The notes under the pieces: model-generated
Seen by the model: the letters and a program-made list of their open reading frames with translations, nothing else
Told to the model about the DNA's origin: nothing
Database searches by the model: none
NCBI RefSeq assembly: GCF_018350175.1
Contig: NC_058368.1
Location: 46,936,001-47,000,000, forward strand
Reading direction: 5' to 3'
DNA from: Felis catus
Taxonomy: Eukaryota
Length of the DNA: 64,000 bases
Translations under genes and position numbers: made by a program
Part shown: piece after piece, positions 1 to 12,651 of the stretch
How positions within the stretch are numbered: position 1 is the stretch's first letter
Layout: each line of letters begins with the position of its first letter

Positions 1-254
1 CTAATTGTACCTTTAGGAATTTCAGAGACAGTGACAAGAAACTAAATGCTCTGTTCCTTTGCATCAGCAAGTCGAGGATAATTGTATATCTACTCTTGTG
101 AACTTCTAAGAAAAAAAAAGAAAAAAAAACTAAGAAAAAAGGGTTTTCTATTCTTTAACTCAGGAGGGTAAACTCTTTCAGCCACCCTCCATCAATCTAC
201 CTTCAAATAAAGTGTGTTAACATGTTGACAGTGGACAAATCACACAGTGCTGCA

Positions 255-1030
255 TTTATTCATTTTATAATAGGTTTGTCAAATGAGCTTCAGTTAAAGA
301 GATTTAGGAGTAAGAAAAATTTTCAGCCAGAAACAACCGACTTATTCCATTCAAAGTGATGTAAGGTATAAAGGGGGTACTTCTTAAAAGCCTAATCTTT
401 ATTAAAACGCACAATTTTTGAAGGCTAAGTCACAAAAATAAATATCAGGAGCCCAAAAAGTGCTTTTATTTTCTCTACCCTTAAGATAAAGAACTAATAC
501 ATCCCTTCTCCTTTCTGTAATAAATCGTAGCACTGAATCTCTAAGAGATACAAATTATCCTCTATACTGTCTTACAAGTGTGAGTATAGATAGAGCCAAT
601 GAGCAATGTTATCTAGAAAATAGCACTTAGTGTAAGGTTTGTGCCATTTTTTTGAACATTATCCTATTTGTGGCACTGCCTTCATTTCGGAGTCAGGCTG
701 CTGAAATATTTGGTACACACCCGAGCAGTGAAAAACGAAGGGCCGTGCAACTGAAAAGCGGCTCAGGCTGTTAACCTGCAGTGTTTGGTCACCTATCACC
801 ACTTTAAAAGTAAAATAGGCATTTTCACCTTCTTCAAAGACCGTTATAGATAGTGTTGAGTCAAAAGCCAAGACTGTTTGCCTCCACATTCCTGGATTTC
901 TGCGTTGTCTATTGATATGTATTAGGAATATGAAGCAAAAGCGCTTCAAACGTTTAAAAGACTTCATTTACAAAGTATATTACACAGGGCCATTTTCAGG
1001 CTGGCCCCGGACAGCCGATTTGTAATCCTG
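255..1030 (-). other. Putative terminal exon/3' UTR of an unidentified spliced minus-strand transcript
   Basis: Minus-strand pyrimidine tract and tandem acceptors (tttttctttcctatGAG-CAG-CAG; AGs end at 1034/1031/1028). Minus-strand AATAAA hexamers at 465-470, 398-403 and 255-260. Repeat-free. In frame with exon 1398-1526 it reads TGLQIGCPGPA* (stop 996-998). Confidence 0.5.
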
Positions 1031-1397
1031 CTGCTCATAGGAAAGAAAAACACCGAGCATTCTCACACCACAGCCACGATTCGATTTAATAAATCCTGTG
1101 TTTTAAAAAATTCAGATGGAAATAATACATATTTCTTGCTCTACTAGACGACTCCACTTTGTCTTATACAAACCCTAAGTTGCCTAAAAACATTATATTT
1201 TCTGTCTGAATTTAGTCCACAGATTTTTCACTTAGTTCGTGAATATATTGTATTTCTAATCCTGTTAATCCTTAACAAAACTTGGAATTCTCTGCAAGCC
1301 AACAAAAATAAAAATAAAAATATATTTAATGAAAATATGCAAAGGCATTAGCAGAGACATTAATAAACATTATCACGAAAGGGCAGCTTCAACTTAC

Positions 1398-1526
1398 TTG
1401 AGACGTCAATAATTTCTGTGTAGTGAGCCACTCTCCGTGATGACCCATTATGAGCGTCCTCTCGCACACGTGACTTGCATGATTGGACATGGATTCTATT
1501 TAATTCATGGGTATAAAGCAGCACAC
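1398..1526 (-). other. Putative internal exon (129 nt, symmetric phase 1-1), coding status unknown
   Basis: Acceptor ttcattactgctaaAG|gt and donor caa|GTAAGT. One open frame: (G)VLLYTHELNRIHVQSCKSRVREDAHNGSSRRVAHYTEIIDVS. No homologue recognised. Confidence 0.5.
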
Positions 1527-4500
1527 CTTTAGCAGTAATGAAACAATAGGGGGAAAATAGTCTACGTCCGTTTAAAAAGAAAGTTTAATATACAAAAGTG
1601 GTTCTCAGGCAGATACATTACAAAAAGTTGGTCCAGGGCTAAGAAAACGGCAACGTGATATTCTATAGGTCATGACGTTGTACGGAAATTTCCCAACTCT
1701 CTCTAATACGTACAATTCCCAAAATAAGTGCAGAACTTGCAGCTATTCTGAGAACCCTTGGAGCAAATTTCTCTAGACAAGCTTTGTTATTAATCATCCT
1801 AATTTTGCTCATGTTGTGTTACATTGGGGAAAAATAGTTGTCCAATGGACAAGTACACTCCTAAACAAAATGCTCATCTTTTTCTTAAGAGTCAAAACGG
1901 AAGGCTAATAAAGACCATTTAAAATAAAAGGGCCCATTACTCCTCAGTTTTATATGAGCTTACATGCTTTCATTGTGCAGAGTGTGTTATTAATTTCACA
2001 TGCCAGATTCATAGGTTTCTGCAATATCAGGTTTGATGTATTCATTATCGGCACTCAGTACATTAATTCACGCTGAAGTCCGGTAAATCAAAATTATACC
2101 ATCTGGCTTCCTGTTCTTAATGATGAATTTGATGTAGGGGTGATTAAGATTGTTAGGCTTTTGAATTTTAATGTAAAAATTAGGGGATTAAAAAGGCATT
2201 TAGAAATGACCAATAGTTAGAATAAACTTACTGACAGGATCTAATTTGTGTACTTGCTAGTAAAGCTCCATTTTAATTAGCAGCCACAGTCTTTCAGCAC
2301 AAGCTCAAAGAGACAGAAGTTTAGTGATTAAGAAGATGAAGCTGTTAAATTGATAAATTGACCTTGAAATACTTGTAACTGTGGGGGACGGCCCAGTAAC
2401 TCAAATTGTTATTGTGTTGCATTGCCACATAGGGAACTGAGTCCAAGAGTGACCCCAGACACAAAATTTTGCTGTTCCCTCCTTCTTCTTCTTTCTTTTT
2501 TTAGGGGAGTTGATTCACCATCTTCACCTTGGGGGGAGGGGCTGAGGAGCAGAGATAAACAAATACAAAAGCCTGCAGACCTGTGGGTTGGCCCTGGAAC
2601 AGTGGGAAGGTGAAAATTCCGTCATTGTTTCAGAACTCCTTGACAGGTGCTATTTGAATACTGTTTCTAAACTTGAAAGCATCCTATAGGTCTTCTTGGT
2701 TTCCTGATGCAATGATGCTGTACCCATACGGTGAGATCCTCAAGCAGTGAATTCACTCAGGAAATCTGGGGCACAGCCACCAACATTCTCCCTCCAGCAC
2801 CATATTTAAGAAAAAAAATATGGAAATGGAAGAATTCTAAATATCTGCAACACAGAGCATGTATATAACACACAGGCATTGTACTCAAGCTTGACATGAG
2901 ACTTCTTTTAATTGAAAGACCAATCTGACATGGATGTTCCTTTGACAGTTAAAATTACCTCTGATTTTAACAAAAGCATTTGAAATGTTACACCGAACTC
3001 ATTACACCTTTTCTGCATAAAGAAGTTTAATAGTTAAAACAAGTTAAGGAAGAATAGACTCTTAATGTAAAATATTATTAGAATAATATAAAGAAACATC
3101 CTCATTTTTTTTCCCTAAGATATAAAGCTAAAAGTGCAAGAAGCCATACAATGGGAAAGTAAGGTTGAAAATGAAATTATTTCCTGAGAAGAAAAAAAAA
3201 TGTACTACCCTGTGCGGTCTCATAAAATGTGATGCTTTAGTTCCTATGAAATTAATAAATGTAGTCACTAATGCACTGAAATAAAATACAGTCAGAATGA
3301 CTTACATCAGAAAACAAGTACATCTGTATATATCAACAATTTGAAGGATTCTGATTCCTGGCAAGTCAAGGAATATTTTAAATCTTATATTTTAGAGGAA
3401 ATCGAATCTTGACTAACCACTGCAATTTATGTCATTTTAAATAAGATATATTTGAATAAGTATATTTTTCATGCCCTAAAAAGACTGATGTCTTCTTTTA
3501 TAAGCTCATCCTGTGACACACTTGAGTAGGTAGGTATATTGATTTTTTTTTCTTTTTCTGATGGCAATGAAGTGTAAATGGAAAATATCAGACTTGGCAA
3601 TCACTTAAACCATGTGAAAATTTCAGAGTGAAGGCTATTAGAGTCACTTTGTGATCTCCCCAGATGACCAGAGTGGGGGGAGGAAAAAAAAACATTTCTA
3701 CGTTTCTTCAGATCCTTTGTGTGACAGCTAAGGAGAATAACATTCTTTCTAATACGCCAGTTTTCATCTCTAGTGGAGAATAACCTCAGTGCTTTCTTAT
3801 GTCACTGGCTGAGAGAAGACGAAAGACCCAGCCTTGTGTAAATGGCTTTGTCTAACCATCAGTCTTTAGCTCTGCATGGCAGCTGTACTATTGACATTAG
3901 CTTGTGCACTGGGTGAAATTGAAGTGAGTTAAATGTGACCTTGGCTTAGTTGTTGAAGTAGAAATGAACTCTACTGGGAGTGAAAAAAAATAAGACCAGT
4001 TTCTCTAACTTCATTTTTTCTTTAATGAGTTTAACAGCACTCTTAGGATTTGATACATTTTATAAAAACGCTTTTATTTCCTTTTCTATTATGCACTGTG
4101 TAATCAGCATTTAGTAAGGTTAGCTTGCCCTTTTGTTATGAAATTCTTGTTTCAGGTATTTATATGCCACATCCTAAAAAAAAAATGGCACATTTATTTC
4201 CCTTTCCCCCCTTATTGATCACAGCCCTTTCAAAGGGATGGAAGGTTTTCATGCATACACGTTCATCGACTTGAATAATGAACACCAGGCCGCTGAAAGA
4301 GTGTAAATGCCCGGTGTTTCTGATGACATTGCATTGTCCACTAGGCTACATGTGCATCCACTAAATACCCTGCTGGTAAATCATGTGCAGTGAACAAGTC
4401 AGGCTGCAGGTGGGCGGGAGGTGCTAGAACATGTCTAAGGCTACAGCTCCTTTGTTTTCAGATGCAATATAACACAGCGTGTACATCACAAGAACACAGA

Positions 4501-4983
4501 ATTGATGATATTGTTTAGGTGGAGACTATTCAGAACGTCCTTGAAGCTTCATTTCTATTTCGAACAGTCCTCACTCATATACCACTTATACGTTAATGAC
4601 ACGTTTCTGTGTAGAGATGGGTTTGTGCGTGTGTATATATATATGTGTGTACAGGGGAGTGTGATATGTGCACCCATATATGTGTTATTTTAGATTATAA
4701 TAATGATACATGAGTGACAAATCAGATTCTTCAAGTTCAGTTTCTGTCTTCAAATTTATTACAAAGAAGCTCACGATGAGAATATTTTAATTAGCCTATC
4801 TAATCGAACTTGAGCAAACACAGTCTGAACTCCTTATTCTTTACAGTTCATATTTCACCCAAAATGCTCTTCTCCCACTGCGCTGTGGTGGTATCACCGT
4901 TGGGTGTTAATGGAACCTGCACTTTTGGCTTCTTTATTTAATCATCTTTACACTAGTTTAATGCTCTGGTTTTCTTTTCTGAT

Positions 4984-5432
4984 TGTTTTGGGTAGAATAA
5001 TTGTGCCTCCAAAATATCCGCATTCTAATCCCCAGAATATGTTACCATCTATAGCAAAAGGACTTGCAAATGTAGTCAAGATGAGGATCCTGAGCTAAGG
5101 AAATTATCCTGGATTATCTGGGTGCACCCAGTGTAATCATAAAGTTACTCATCAGAGAGAGACTGGAGGTCAGGGTCAGAGACCCGGATGTGACAGCAGA
5201 AGGAGAGGTCAGAGGAAAGCAGTGCACTGAGCCAAGACATGCATGGAGGCTCTAGAACCTGACAAGGACCAAGAGGGGCATGGATTCTCACTTTGAGTTT
5301 CCAGAAGAAATACAGTGTGGTGAAAATATTTTTAGACTTCTGACCCTCAGAATGACTAAGAAAATAAAGTTGTGTTGTTTTAAACCACTAAGTTTGTGGT
5401 AGTTTCCTACAACACCATGAGAAAACGAATAT
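4984..5432 (+). mobile_element. MaLR solo LTR (MLT1D-like)
   Basis: MLT1 motifs gggtagaataat...ctaatccccagaa, attatcctggattatctgggtg and tgttgttttaaaccactaagtttgtggta. Confidence 0.8.
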
Positions 5433-6194
5433 ATTGATGCGAGCACATTTCAGGGTCTGTACATCATCATAAATGCTATGGCACCGTTAATCAATTATTT
5501 AAGCAATTTCTCTATCACTTCCTGTTTTCTCATCTTTTAATTTTTGTGTTCAAGTAAGTATAACATTGATGTTTATCATGTTCAGGAAGAGTTCAGCAAT
5601 ATTATGGATTTCAAAAAAGAAATCACAGCAGTCTTCAGAAGTAGATGACACACGGGGAAGCTTGCAGGCAACTCTGCATGAAAAGAAAACGTTGTGACCA
5701 CCTGCAGGAGCCAACATGGTAGACCAGAGAAGTGGAAAGGTCTCCACTTGGATAAAATGTTGTGAGAAGACGCCATGATGGAGAGCTGGCCAGATGCCAG
5801 TGCTTCAGAGTAGAGGGTCAGATTTGGTTACAGGGAGGGCTTGTAGGCAAATCAGAAGGAGCACGGAGCTAGGAGCTTTGTGATTGACCTCTGCCTAAAG
5901 GCTGCTGACTCACACAAGGGCCACCCAGGGCCAAAAGAGAAGTGTAAGCATGAATTTCAAGGCTAGAACTGGAGAGAATTTCTGTGCTTCTCCAAGTATT
6001 TGTCCAGAGAGTATATTATGAACTTGAGGATAAAAATGCCCAGTGTGTTTTACACACTTCCCTCGGGCTACGCATATCTTTGGAGTGCATATAATCCTCA
6101 GACCCTACTCAGGCTAGATCAGCCACACTCTTCCTCCCTGCCTCTGCTGAGGAGTGCAGGCTCAGCACGGTGCCTTGGCATGACGGACTGAGCA

Positions 6195-6430
6195 AGAACT
6201 TTGGACTTTTAGGGCAGATGCACCCAACAGTGCCCCTACAACAGTGCCCCTTTGGGAGTGTGCACGCTTGAAAAGTCAGTTACGTAACCTCTCTGCACCT
6301 CACTTTTCTCTACCACAAAGGAGGCTCATCATGCCTGCTTGATAAGATTCTTATGGGGGTTACAAGAGAAAAGGTAAGAAAAGTATTTAACAGTGCCTGG
6401 CATGCAGGAAGCGCTCAGTAAGTATGAATT
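6195..6430 (+). mobile_element. MIR SINE (degenerate)
   Basis: Core taacctctctgcacctcactttt and 3' end aacagtgcctggcatgcaggaagcgctcagtaa. Confidence 0.7.
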
Positions 6431-6533
6431 TCTGTCATTTCTCCTAGGTCTCAGTTAAAGGTGAAGGACGATGAGCATTCCCAATTACCAGTGTGGCCTG
6501 AGGTTGGCTATTTGTCCATACATACCTTATCTT

Positions 6534-6729
6534 TAAAAAATTTTTAAAGTCTATTTATTTTGAGAGACAGAGAACGTAAGTCGGGGGAGGCGCAGAGAGA
6601 GAGAGGGAGACAGAGAATCTGAAGCAGGCTCCACACTGCCAGTGAGCCTCGAACCCACAAACCGTGAGATCATGACCTAAGCCCAAACCAAGATCAGACG
6701 CTTAACCGACTGAGCCACCCAGGCACCCC
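6534..6729 (-). mobile_element. CAN-SINE (SINEC)
   Basis: tRNA-derived head gagccacccaggcacccc, (GA)n body, T-rich tail. TSD atacatac(c/t)ttatctt at 6518-6533 and 6730-6745. Confidence 0.95.
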
Positions 6730-7419
6730 ATACATACTTTATCTTGAATTTATCTTCAGCTTTCCACAGTCTTTATTCAACTTGCTTCCTCCCTCATCAT
6801 CATCTCCATTTATTTAGTTTTCTGGAGACCTACTAACCATACTTCAAATTGCCCAATTCTTTCCCAGAATCATTAGAACAGAACTACATTTACAGCATTC
6901 TTAATTACTATTCTTCAATTCCATTTATGGAGGGGAGAAAAGAGATCATATTTATTTGATATTTGTTTCATGCTGGATACATGCCATGTATTTTCACACA
7001 CACTAAAATATCATATGCATATATTATATATGTAATCCCTTTATGTAAAAAAATACATAATAAGCATATTTATGTGGCATTTAAAATGGTAGATAAATAA
7101 GTTATACTACTGTGTGACCAGACCACATGCTCTTTTTGGTATTTTCATAGAATCTTATTAGTTACTCTACAGGTAGAAAAGTAAAAAATCAATAAATAAA
7201 ATATAAAATAATGAAATCCTTTCTGAAAATTAATTAGAATAAGTTGATTGTAGAATGGTTTTAGGAAAGGAAATGCATTACTAGAGTGCTGGGATATCAA
7301 AAACATGAGTTTAAAATCAAACCACATATAACTCGTGTAGTCATTTCAACATTAGGCTGACATAATTTGGATACTCATTTATCATGCAAGTGATAAGAAT
7401 GAAAAATTTTCAACTGCTC

Positions 7420-7465
7420 TGTGTGTGTGTTGTGTGTGTGTCTGTGTGTGTGTGTGTGTGTGTGT
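7420..7465. repeat. (TG)n microsatellite
   Basis: Direct reading. Confidence 0.9.
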
Positions 7466-7628
7466 AGTGCAAAGGATCACTATAATGATGAACCCTACCC
7501 CTAAAGAGCATACGTGTGGGTATAGAGGGAGCTATGAAAATAACTCAGAGGCTTTTCAAATTGTACCCCCATCCAGATTTTGATGAATTCTTTCAAGAGA
7601 AGAAAGATCTGCTCTCTCATTGAGGAAC

Positions 7629-7633
<5 letters not shown>

Positions 7634-7679
<46 letters not shown>
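7634..7679. repeat. (GA)n microsatellite
   Basis: Direct reading; explains the ER/SL low-complexity ORFs here. Confidence 0.95.
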
Positions 7680-7682
<3 letters not shown>

Positions 7683-8290
7683 GTTTCAAATTATATTCCA
7701 CCCCAATAGAAAGGGTAAAATGTCCTTTTGGAGGCGCCTGCCCTTCTAGTGTTGAGACTAGTTTCCGGGAGATGAGTCACTGATGAAGTATGTTGGCATC
7801 TTGCTGATGTGCTAGTAGAGAAAGCTGGCTGGGAACCACTTTGGTAGCCAAGCATTCTTAAATTCTTAAAATTGCCCATGAAATCATAATTATGGGTTGG
7901 GGTAAAAGGTGTTCCTTTAACATACATATAGTAATGTGTAACATAACAGTGCCATTACAGACACATCTATTAAAAATATATAAATACAAACTTTTAAGCA
8001 TCAAGTAGAGATTAAACACACACACACACACACACACACAGATACAGACAGAGATATAGACAGAGATAAAAATTCAATGACTCAGGGACCATAGTGGCTA
8101 CTTTCATGCATACATCTTACATTTCTTTTATTAGTTTTATTCTGCCTTGGCAAGCTAGTATCACCCTCATATTTTGGGTAAAAAGAATGACTGACTTGCC
8201 TAGTTCATATAGCTATAAGGTGGCAGAGAGAAGAAACTGCTTCTAGGATTGTGATTCATTATGCTGTGTTTTAGAAGTTACATGGAAATT

Positions 8291-8539
8291 GGGACATCTG
8301 GGTGGCTCGGTTGGTTAGGCAAATAACTCTGGATCTCAGCTCAGGTTATGATCTTGGGGTTCCTTGGATCGAGCCCCACATCCAGCTGCATCCTGGCAGT
8401 GGAAACTACCACCCTCTCTGGTAGTTTGGGATTCTCTCTCTCTCCCTCTCTCTCTCTCTCTCTGCCCCTCTCCCGTTCATGTGCTCTCTCTCTCTTTCCA
8501 AAAATAAATAAATACATTTAAAAAAACTGTTAAAAAAAA
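8291..8539 (+). mobile_element. CAN-SINE (SINEC)
   Basis: Head ctgggtggctcggttggtta, (CT)n, aataaataaa tail. TSD agaagttac(a/c)tggaaa. Confidence 0.95.
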
Positions 8540-8779
8540 AGAAGTTACCTGGAAAGCCTCAAAGAGAAATTGGGAATGGATAGACTGCCAAGGAACAGAC
8601 ACGGGTGGAAAGCCCAGCCTCAAAAACAGCAAGATATCCCAAGAGAAGGAAGAGCAACCACATGTGTAAATCTAGCAAAAGTGAATAGAACAGGATACAG
8701 AGACAGCAGGGAAAAAGACAAACTAGAAAGAATAGAATATGGAAATCTAGGCATGCTGCAGTCAGCATTAGAAAAATGT

Positions 8780-8955
8780 TCTAGTTTTGGAGTGGGCTGC
8801 TGGGTTTAAACCCAACTTTATGGCAGCCTGGGTCAACTCACAGTCTCTAGATCTTTCTTCCTTGTGTACAAAACAAGGATAATAAGGCACCCCCATCTGA
8901 GAACAAAGGACTTTATCACAGTACCTGGTACACAATAAACATTTAATAAATAGTA
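8780..8955 (+). mobile_element. MIR SINE (degenerate)
   Basis: ctgggtttaaaccca...cacagtacctggtacacaataaacatttaataaat. Confidence 0.65.
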
Positions 8956-9682
8956 CTTCCGTGGCTGTTAAGCAGCAGAAAAATCTATCTCTCGTGCACG
9001 GACACACCTACAGGTCCTTGAGTAAGGCTCAGTAGGAAGAATTTTGGTACAAGGTTTAAGAAAAAGGCAAAGACTCAGTCTCTTAAACTGGGTGCATCGA
9101 GTTTGACCTGATGTCAAATCAGCAGAACAACTAAACTGGGGCATCCTTCCTGCAAAGGTGAGTGGTCCCAGGACTTCTTACCTGTTTAGAGAGTCAAATG
9201 GTCTCAAATGTGGGCTCTGCAGGATAACAGGGCTAGGAAGGGATCATACTATCGCTGAAAGTATAGGACTCTGGGCTACTTCTCTCAAAAGATTTTGGAA
9301 AATAACCTAACTGAAAATTCTACTTTAACCAAATTTCAGTACTTGTTAGTGTCAGAGAAATAGTGCTGTGTTTCTTGCTTCGGGTCCTACTTTCCAAATA
9401 TATGAAAATTGGTACTTCTGGGGAAAAAACGCTTCTGTAACAGCTAGGTGAGTCATCCTACCGTCTGGGTGGTGGTGGTTATAGCATGGCAAAGGTTCTG
9501 TCACACTGAGGGTCTGAACTGAATGGAAGCTCTCACTGGAATGTGGAGGGTTTACCTGAGGAAGACGCCAAAGGGCTCCCCAGACCTGCAGCTACCAGGT
9601 CAACGACCATAGTGTCCTCGTGGTATGGTTGTCATACCTATTGCAATCTGTTTTTATTTTTCCTTAGTTATTGTCAAGTTCT

Positions 9683-9909
9683 TTAAAAACTTTTTTTTAA
9701 TGTTTATTTATTTTTCAGGGAGAGAAAGAGAGAAAGAGAGTCAGTCAGCAAGGGAGGGGCAGAGAGAGAGAGGGAGACAGAATCTGAAGCAGGTGCCAGG
9801 CTCTGAGCTGTCAGCACAGAGCCCGACCCAGGGCTCGAACTCACAAATCCCGAGAGCATGACCTGAGCTAAAGTCAGACACTTAACCGACTGAGCCACCC
9901 AGGCGTCCC
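9683..9909 (-). mobile_element. CAN-SINE (SINEC)
   Basis: Canonical body on the minus strand. Degenerate TSD agttatt(gt/ac)ca(a/g)gttct. Confidence 0.95.
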
Positions 9910-9949
9910 AGTTATTACCAGGTTCTAATGCACCAAATAATTGTTTGCA

Positions 9950-10095
9950 TTTTTGCCTATCTTTTCCCACTGGAATATAAGCATCGCACAGGCAAGGGTC
10001 CTTGTTGCTGCGTTCACTCATGTGGATGTCTAGCTCCACAGGAGAATGGCTGAACAGAAGAGGCACTCAGCCAAGCTGTGTGACTGGCTGACTGA
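9950..10095 (+). mobile_element. L2 3' end fragment
   Basis: cccactggaatataagc...aggcaagggtccttg...aggcactcag resembles the L2 3' terminus. Confidence 0.55.
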
Positions 10096-10199
10096 CCAAA
10101 CGGTTTAATAATAACCTTCTCCTTGTGAATGATATCTGCCCAGGGGTTTTGTTCTAACTCTAAAGGCTTTTGTGACTCTGACCTCATTAAAAAAATTTT

Positions 10200-10998
10200 T
10201 TTTTAATTCTTGCATTAATTTCAGACTGAGAAAAATGTTGCAGATGCGGTACAAAGAATTATGGCATATCCTTTACCCGTATTCCCTAAATGTTAGCATT
10301 TATCATGTGTGCCTTGTCATGGTATCTCTCTGTCTCTCTTGTGTACGCACACAGGCACACATACACACAGGCACACACACACACACATTTATTGGTTTTA
10401 GCAACACTTCAGAAAACTTGTGGACATCAGGCCTCTTTACCCCTAAATATTTCCCTGTATATTTCCGAAAATGAAGACTATAACCACGGTAGAATTATCA
10501 AAAACATAAAATTAATAGTGACACAATGTGATTTCTAATATACGACATTTATTCAAATTTCATCATTTCATAACTAATGAGCTATGTAGCATTTGCTTTT
10601 TTATTTCTCAGACCGAGGATCCAAGATCTTATATTACATAAAGTTGTCTCGTGTCTCTTTAGTCTCCTTTGATCTGTAATGATCTATCAGAAATTCTTTA
10701 TTGTTTTTGAAGCATGCTGTTATTTTGTAGTGTCCCTCAGTTTGGGTTTGTCTGATGTGTGCCTCTGATCGGATTCAGGCAATGCATTTTTGGTAAGAAT
10801 ACCTTAAAAGCAAACTTTTGTCTCTCTCATTGCATTCTGTCAGAAGGCTCAGGGCGCCTGGGTGGCTGAGTCAGTTGAGCGTTAAACTCTTGGTTTCGGC
10901 TCAGGTCATTATCTCATTGTTTGTGGTTCAAGGCCCATATTGTTCTCTGTGCTGGCAGTGTGGAGCCTGCTTGGGATTCTCTCTCTCCCTCTGACTCT

Positions 10999-11051
<53 letters not shown>

Positions 11052-11240
11052 AGAAATAAACATTAAAGAAAAAGAAGCTTTTTGTTCCCTACTCATGATG
11101 TTAACACTGATTACTTGGTTATGATGGGATCTACTAGGTTTCACTACTAAAATATTCTTATTTGTCTCTTTGTAATTAGTAAGTACTTTGAGAGGAAATA
11201 ATATGAGAGTCTCTAAATACCCTCTTACTCATAATACTGT
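10200..11240 (-). mobile_element. Old L1 (L1MC-like) 3' region, interrupted by a SINE
   Basis: ttaatttcagact...gttgca...tacaaagaa...ccctaaatgttagcattt and tgggtttgtctgatg motifs of L1MC 3' ends. Confidence 0.6.
10852..11073 (+). mobile_element. CAN-SINE (SINEC)
   Basis: Head gggcgcctgggtggctgagtcagttgagcg, long (CT)n, A-rich tail. Confidence 0.95.
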
Positions 11241-11654
11241 CATGCTCATTTTTGGGAAGGTTCTATGTATGTGCCCCTCTGTGAAAGTTTTAACCGAAAG
11301 CTGGTTTCTAGATATCTGGACTTAGTGATCTAAGAATAAATTGTCCCTTGACTCACCATTTATAGAAAGTAACTTGCCTTGTTATCTCACCCATCTTCTT
11401 CACGTTATGGGTGAAAATCTGAAGTATATCTTAGAAGAGAGTGATTTGCACAAGGGCAGAAATTTTCAAGAATATCATTCATAAAAAAGGAACACTATTC
11501 ATGATACCAGATAATTGGGTCTCACAGAAGCAAATACTTTTGTTTGGACAAAAATATTGCTTTGATTCTTGAGTAAATATTAAATAAAATTCTGAATTTG
11601 AGTAATTCATTTGGAGACAAAGTTGTAGAAGAGAGATGAATCCATCAAAAAAGT

Positions 11655-12017
11655 TTTTTTTTTCCTTTTCTCTTTAAAGATTTTATCTTTAAGTAATCTC
11701 TACACCCAGGGGCACCTGGATGGCTCAGTCAGTTAAGTGCCCAACTTCGCTCACGTCGCGATCTCACAGTTCGTGCGTTCAAACGCTGCCATTGGGCTCT
11801 GTGCTGACAGCTCAGATCCTGGAGCCTGCTTCAGACTCTGGGTCTCCCTCTCTCTTCCCCTCAACCTGCTCACGTTCTGTCTCTCTCTCTCTGTCAAAAA
11901 TAAATAAACATTAAAAAAATCTTTTTAATTAATCTCTACACCCAATGTGGGGCTCGAACTCACAACCCCAAAATCAAGAGTCACATGCTCTACCAACTGA
12001 GCCAGGCAGGCACTGCA
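11655..12017 (-). mobile_element. Short older CAN-SINE variant, host of a nested SINE
   Basis: ttttatctttaagtaatctctacaccca|atgtggggctcgaactcacaacccc...ctaccaactgagccag. Flanking atcaaaaaagt repeats. Confidence 0.85.
11709..11929 (+). mobile_element. CAN-SINE nested in an older SINE
   Basis: Perfect 15-bp TSD taatctctacaccca at 11694-11708 and 11930-11944. Confidence 0.95.
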
Positions 12018-12291
12018 AAATCAAAAAAGTCTTAAGGTACATTCCCAAACATTCCTTTTTCTTACTGTAAGAGCAATCAAAGAAGGAAACTGTCATTGGC
12101 ATAACTGCTTAGGAACAAGAGGAAAACATAGGTGCATGGGCTGTTTTATGGAAAACCACTTACCAGTCAAATATTGAAAGATATGCGGAAATCCCTGGTG
12201 AGAGTAAAAATCCAGAGTTCTCATAGGAGAACTCTATATGTATATAAATAAATAACATTTTATGTAAAAAAATTTATATTCAAATTGCCCA

Positions 12292-12509
12292 AGGTGCACC
12301 TGGGTGGCTCAGTCGGTTAAGCGTCTGACTTCAGCTCAGGTCATGATCTCACGGTTTGTGAGTTCAAGTCCCACGTCAGGCTCTTGTGCTGACAGCTCAG
12401 ATCCGGGAGCCTGCTTCAGATCCTGTGTCTTCCTCTCTCTGTGTCCCTCCCCCACTCACTCTCTGTCTCTCTCCAAAATAAATAAGCATTAAAAAAATTA
12501 AAAATATGG
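12292..12509 (+). mobile_element. CAN-SINE (SINEC)
   Basis: Canonical body. TSD ttatattcaaatt(g/t)ccca. Confidence 0.95.
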
Positions 12510-12651
12510 TTATATTCAAATTTCCCATGATTAGTCAAACACTGAGCTAAATAAGGCAGAAATTAGCTTATGCTTTACCGACTGAATTCTCTCCCTCCAG
12601 TTCTCTGCATAGTTGCCTTCTGGCATATCATCCCAAATCTGAAACTTACAT

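Noticed and set aside
7501..7783. ORFs with SLSLSL/ERERER runs, and similar ones at 10914, 24122, 41741-42124 and 52080
   Set aside because: They are translations of microsatellites and SINE (CT)n tracts.
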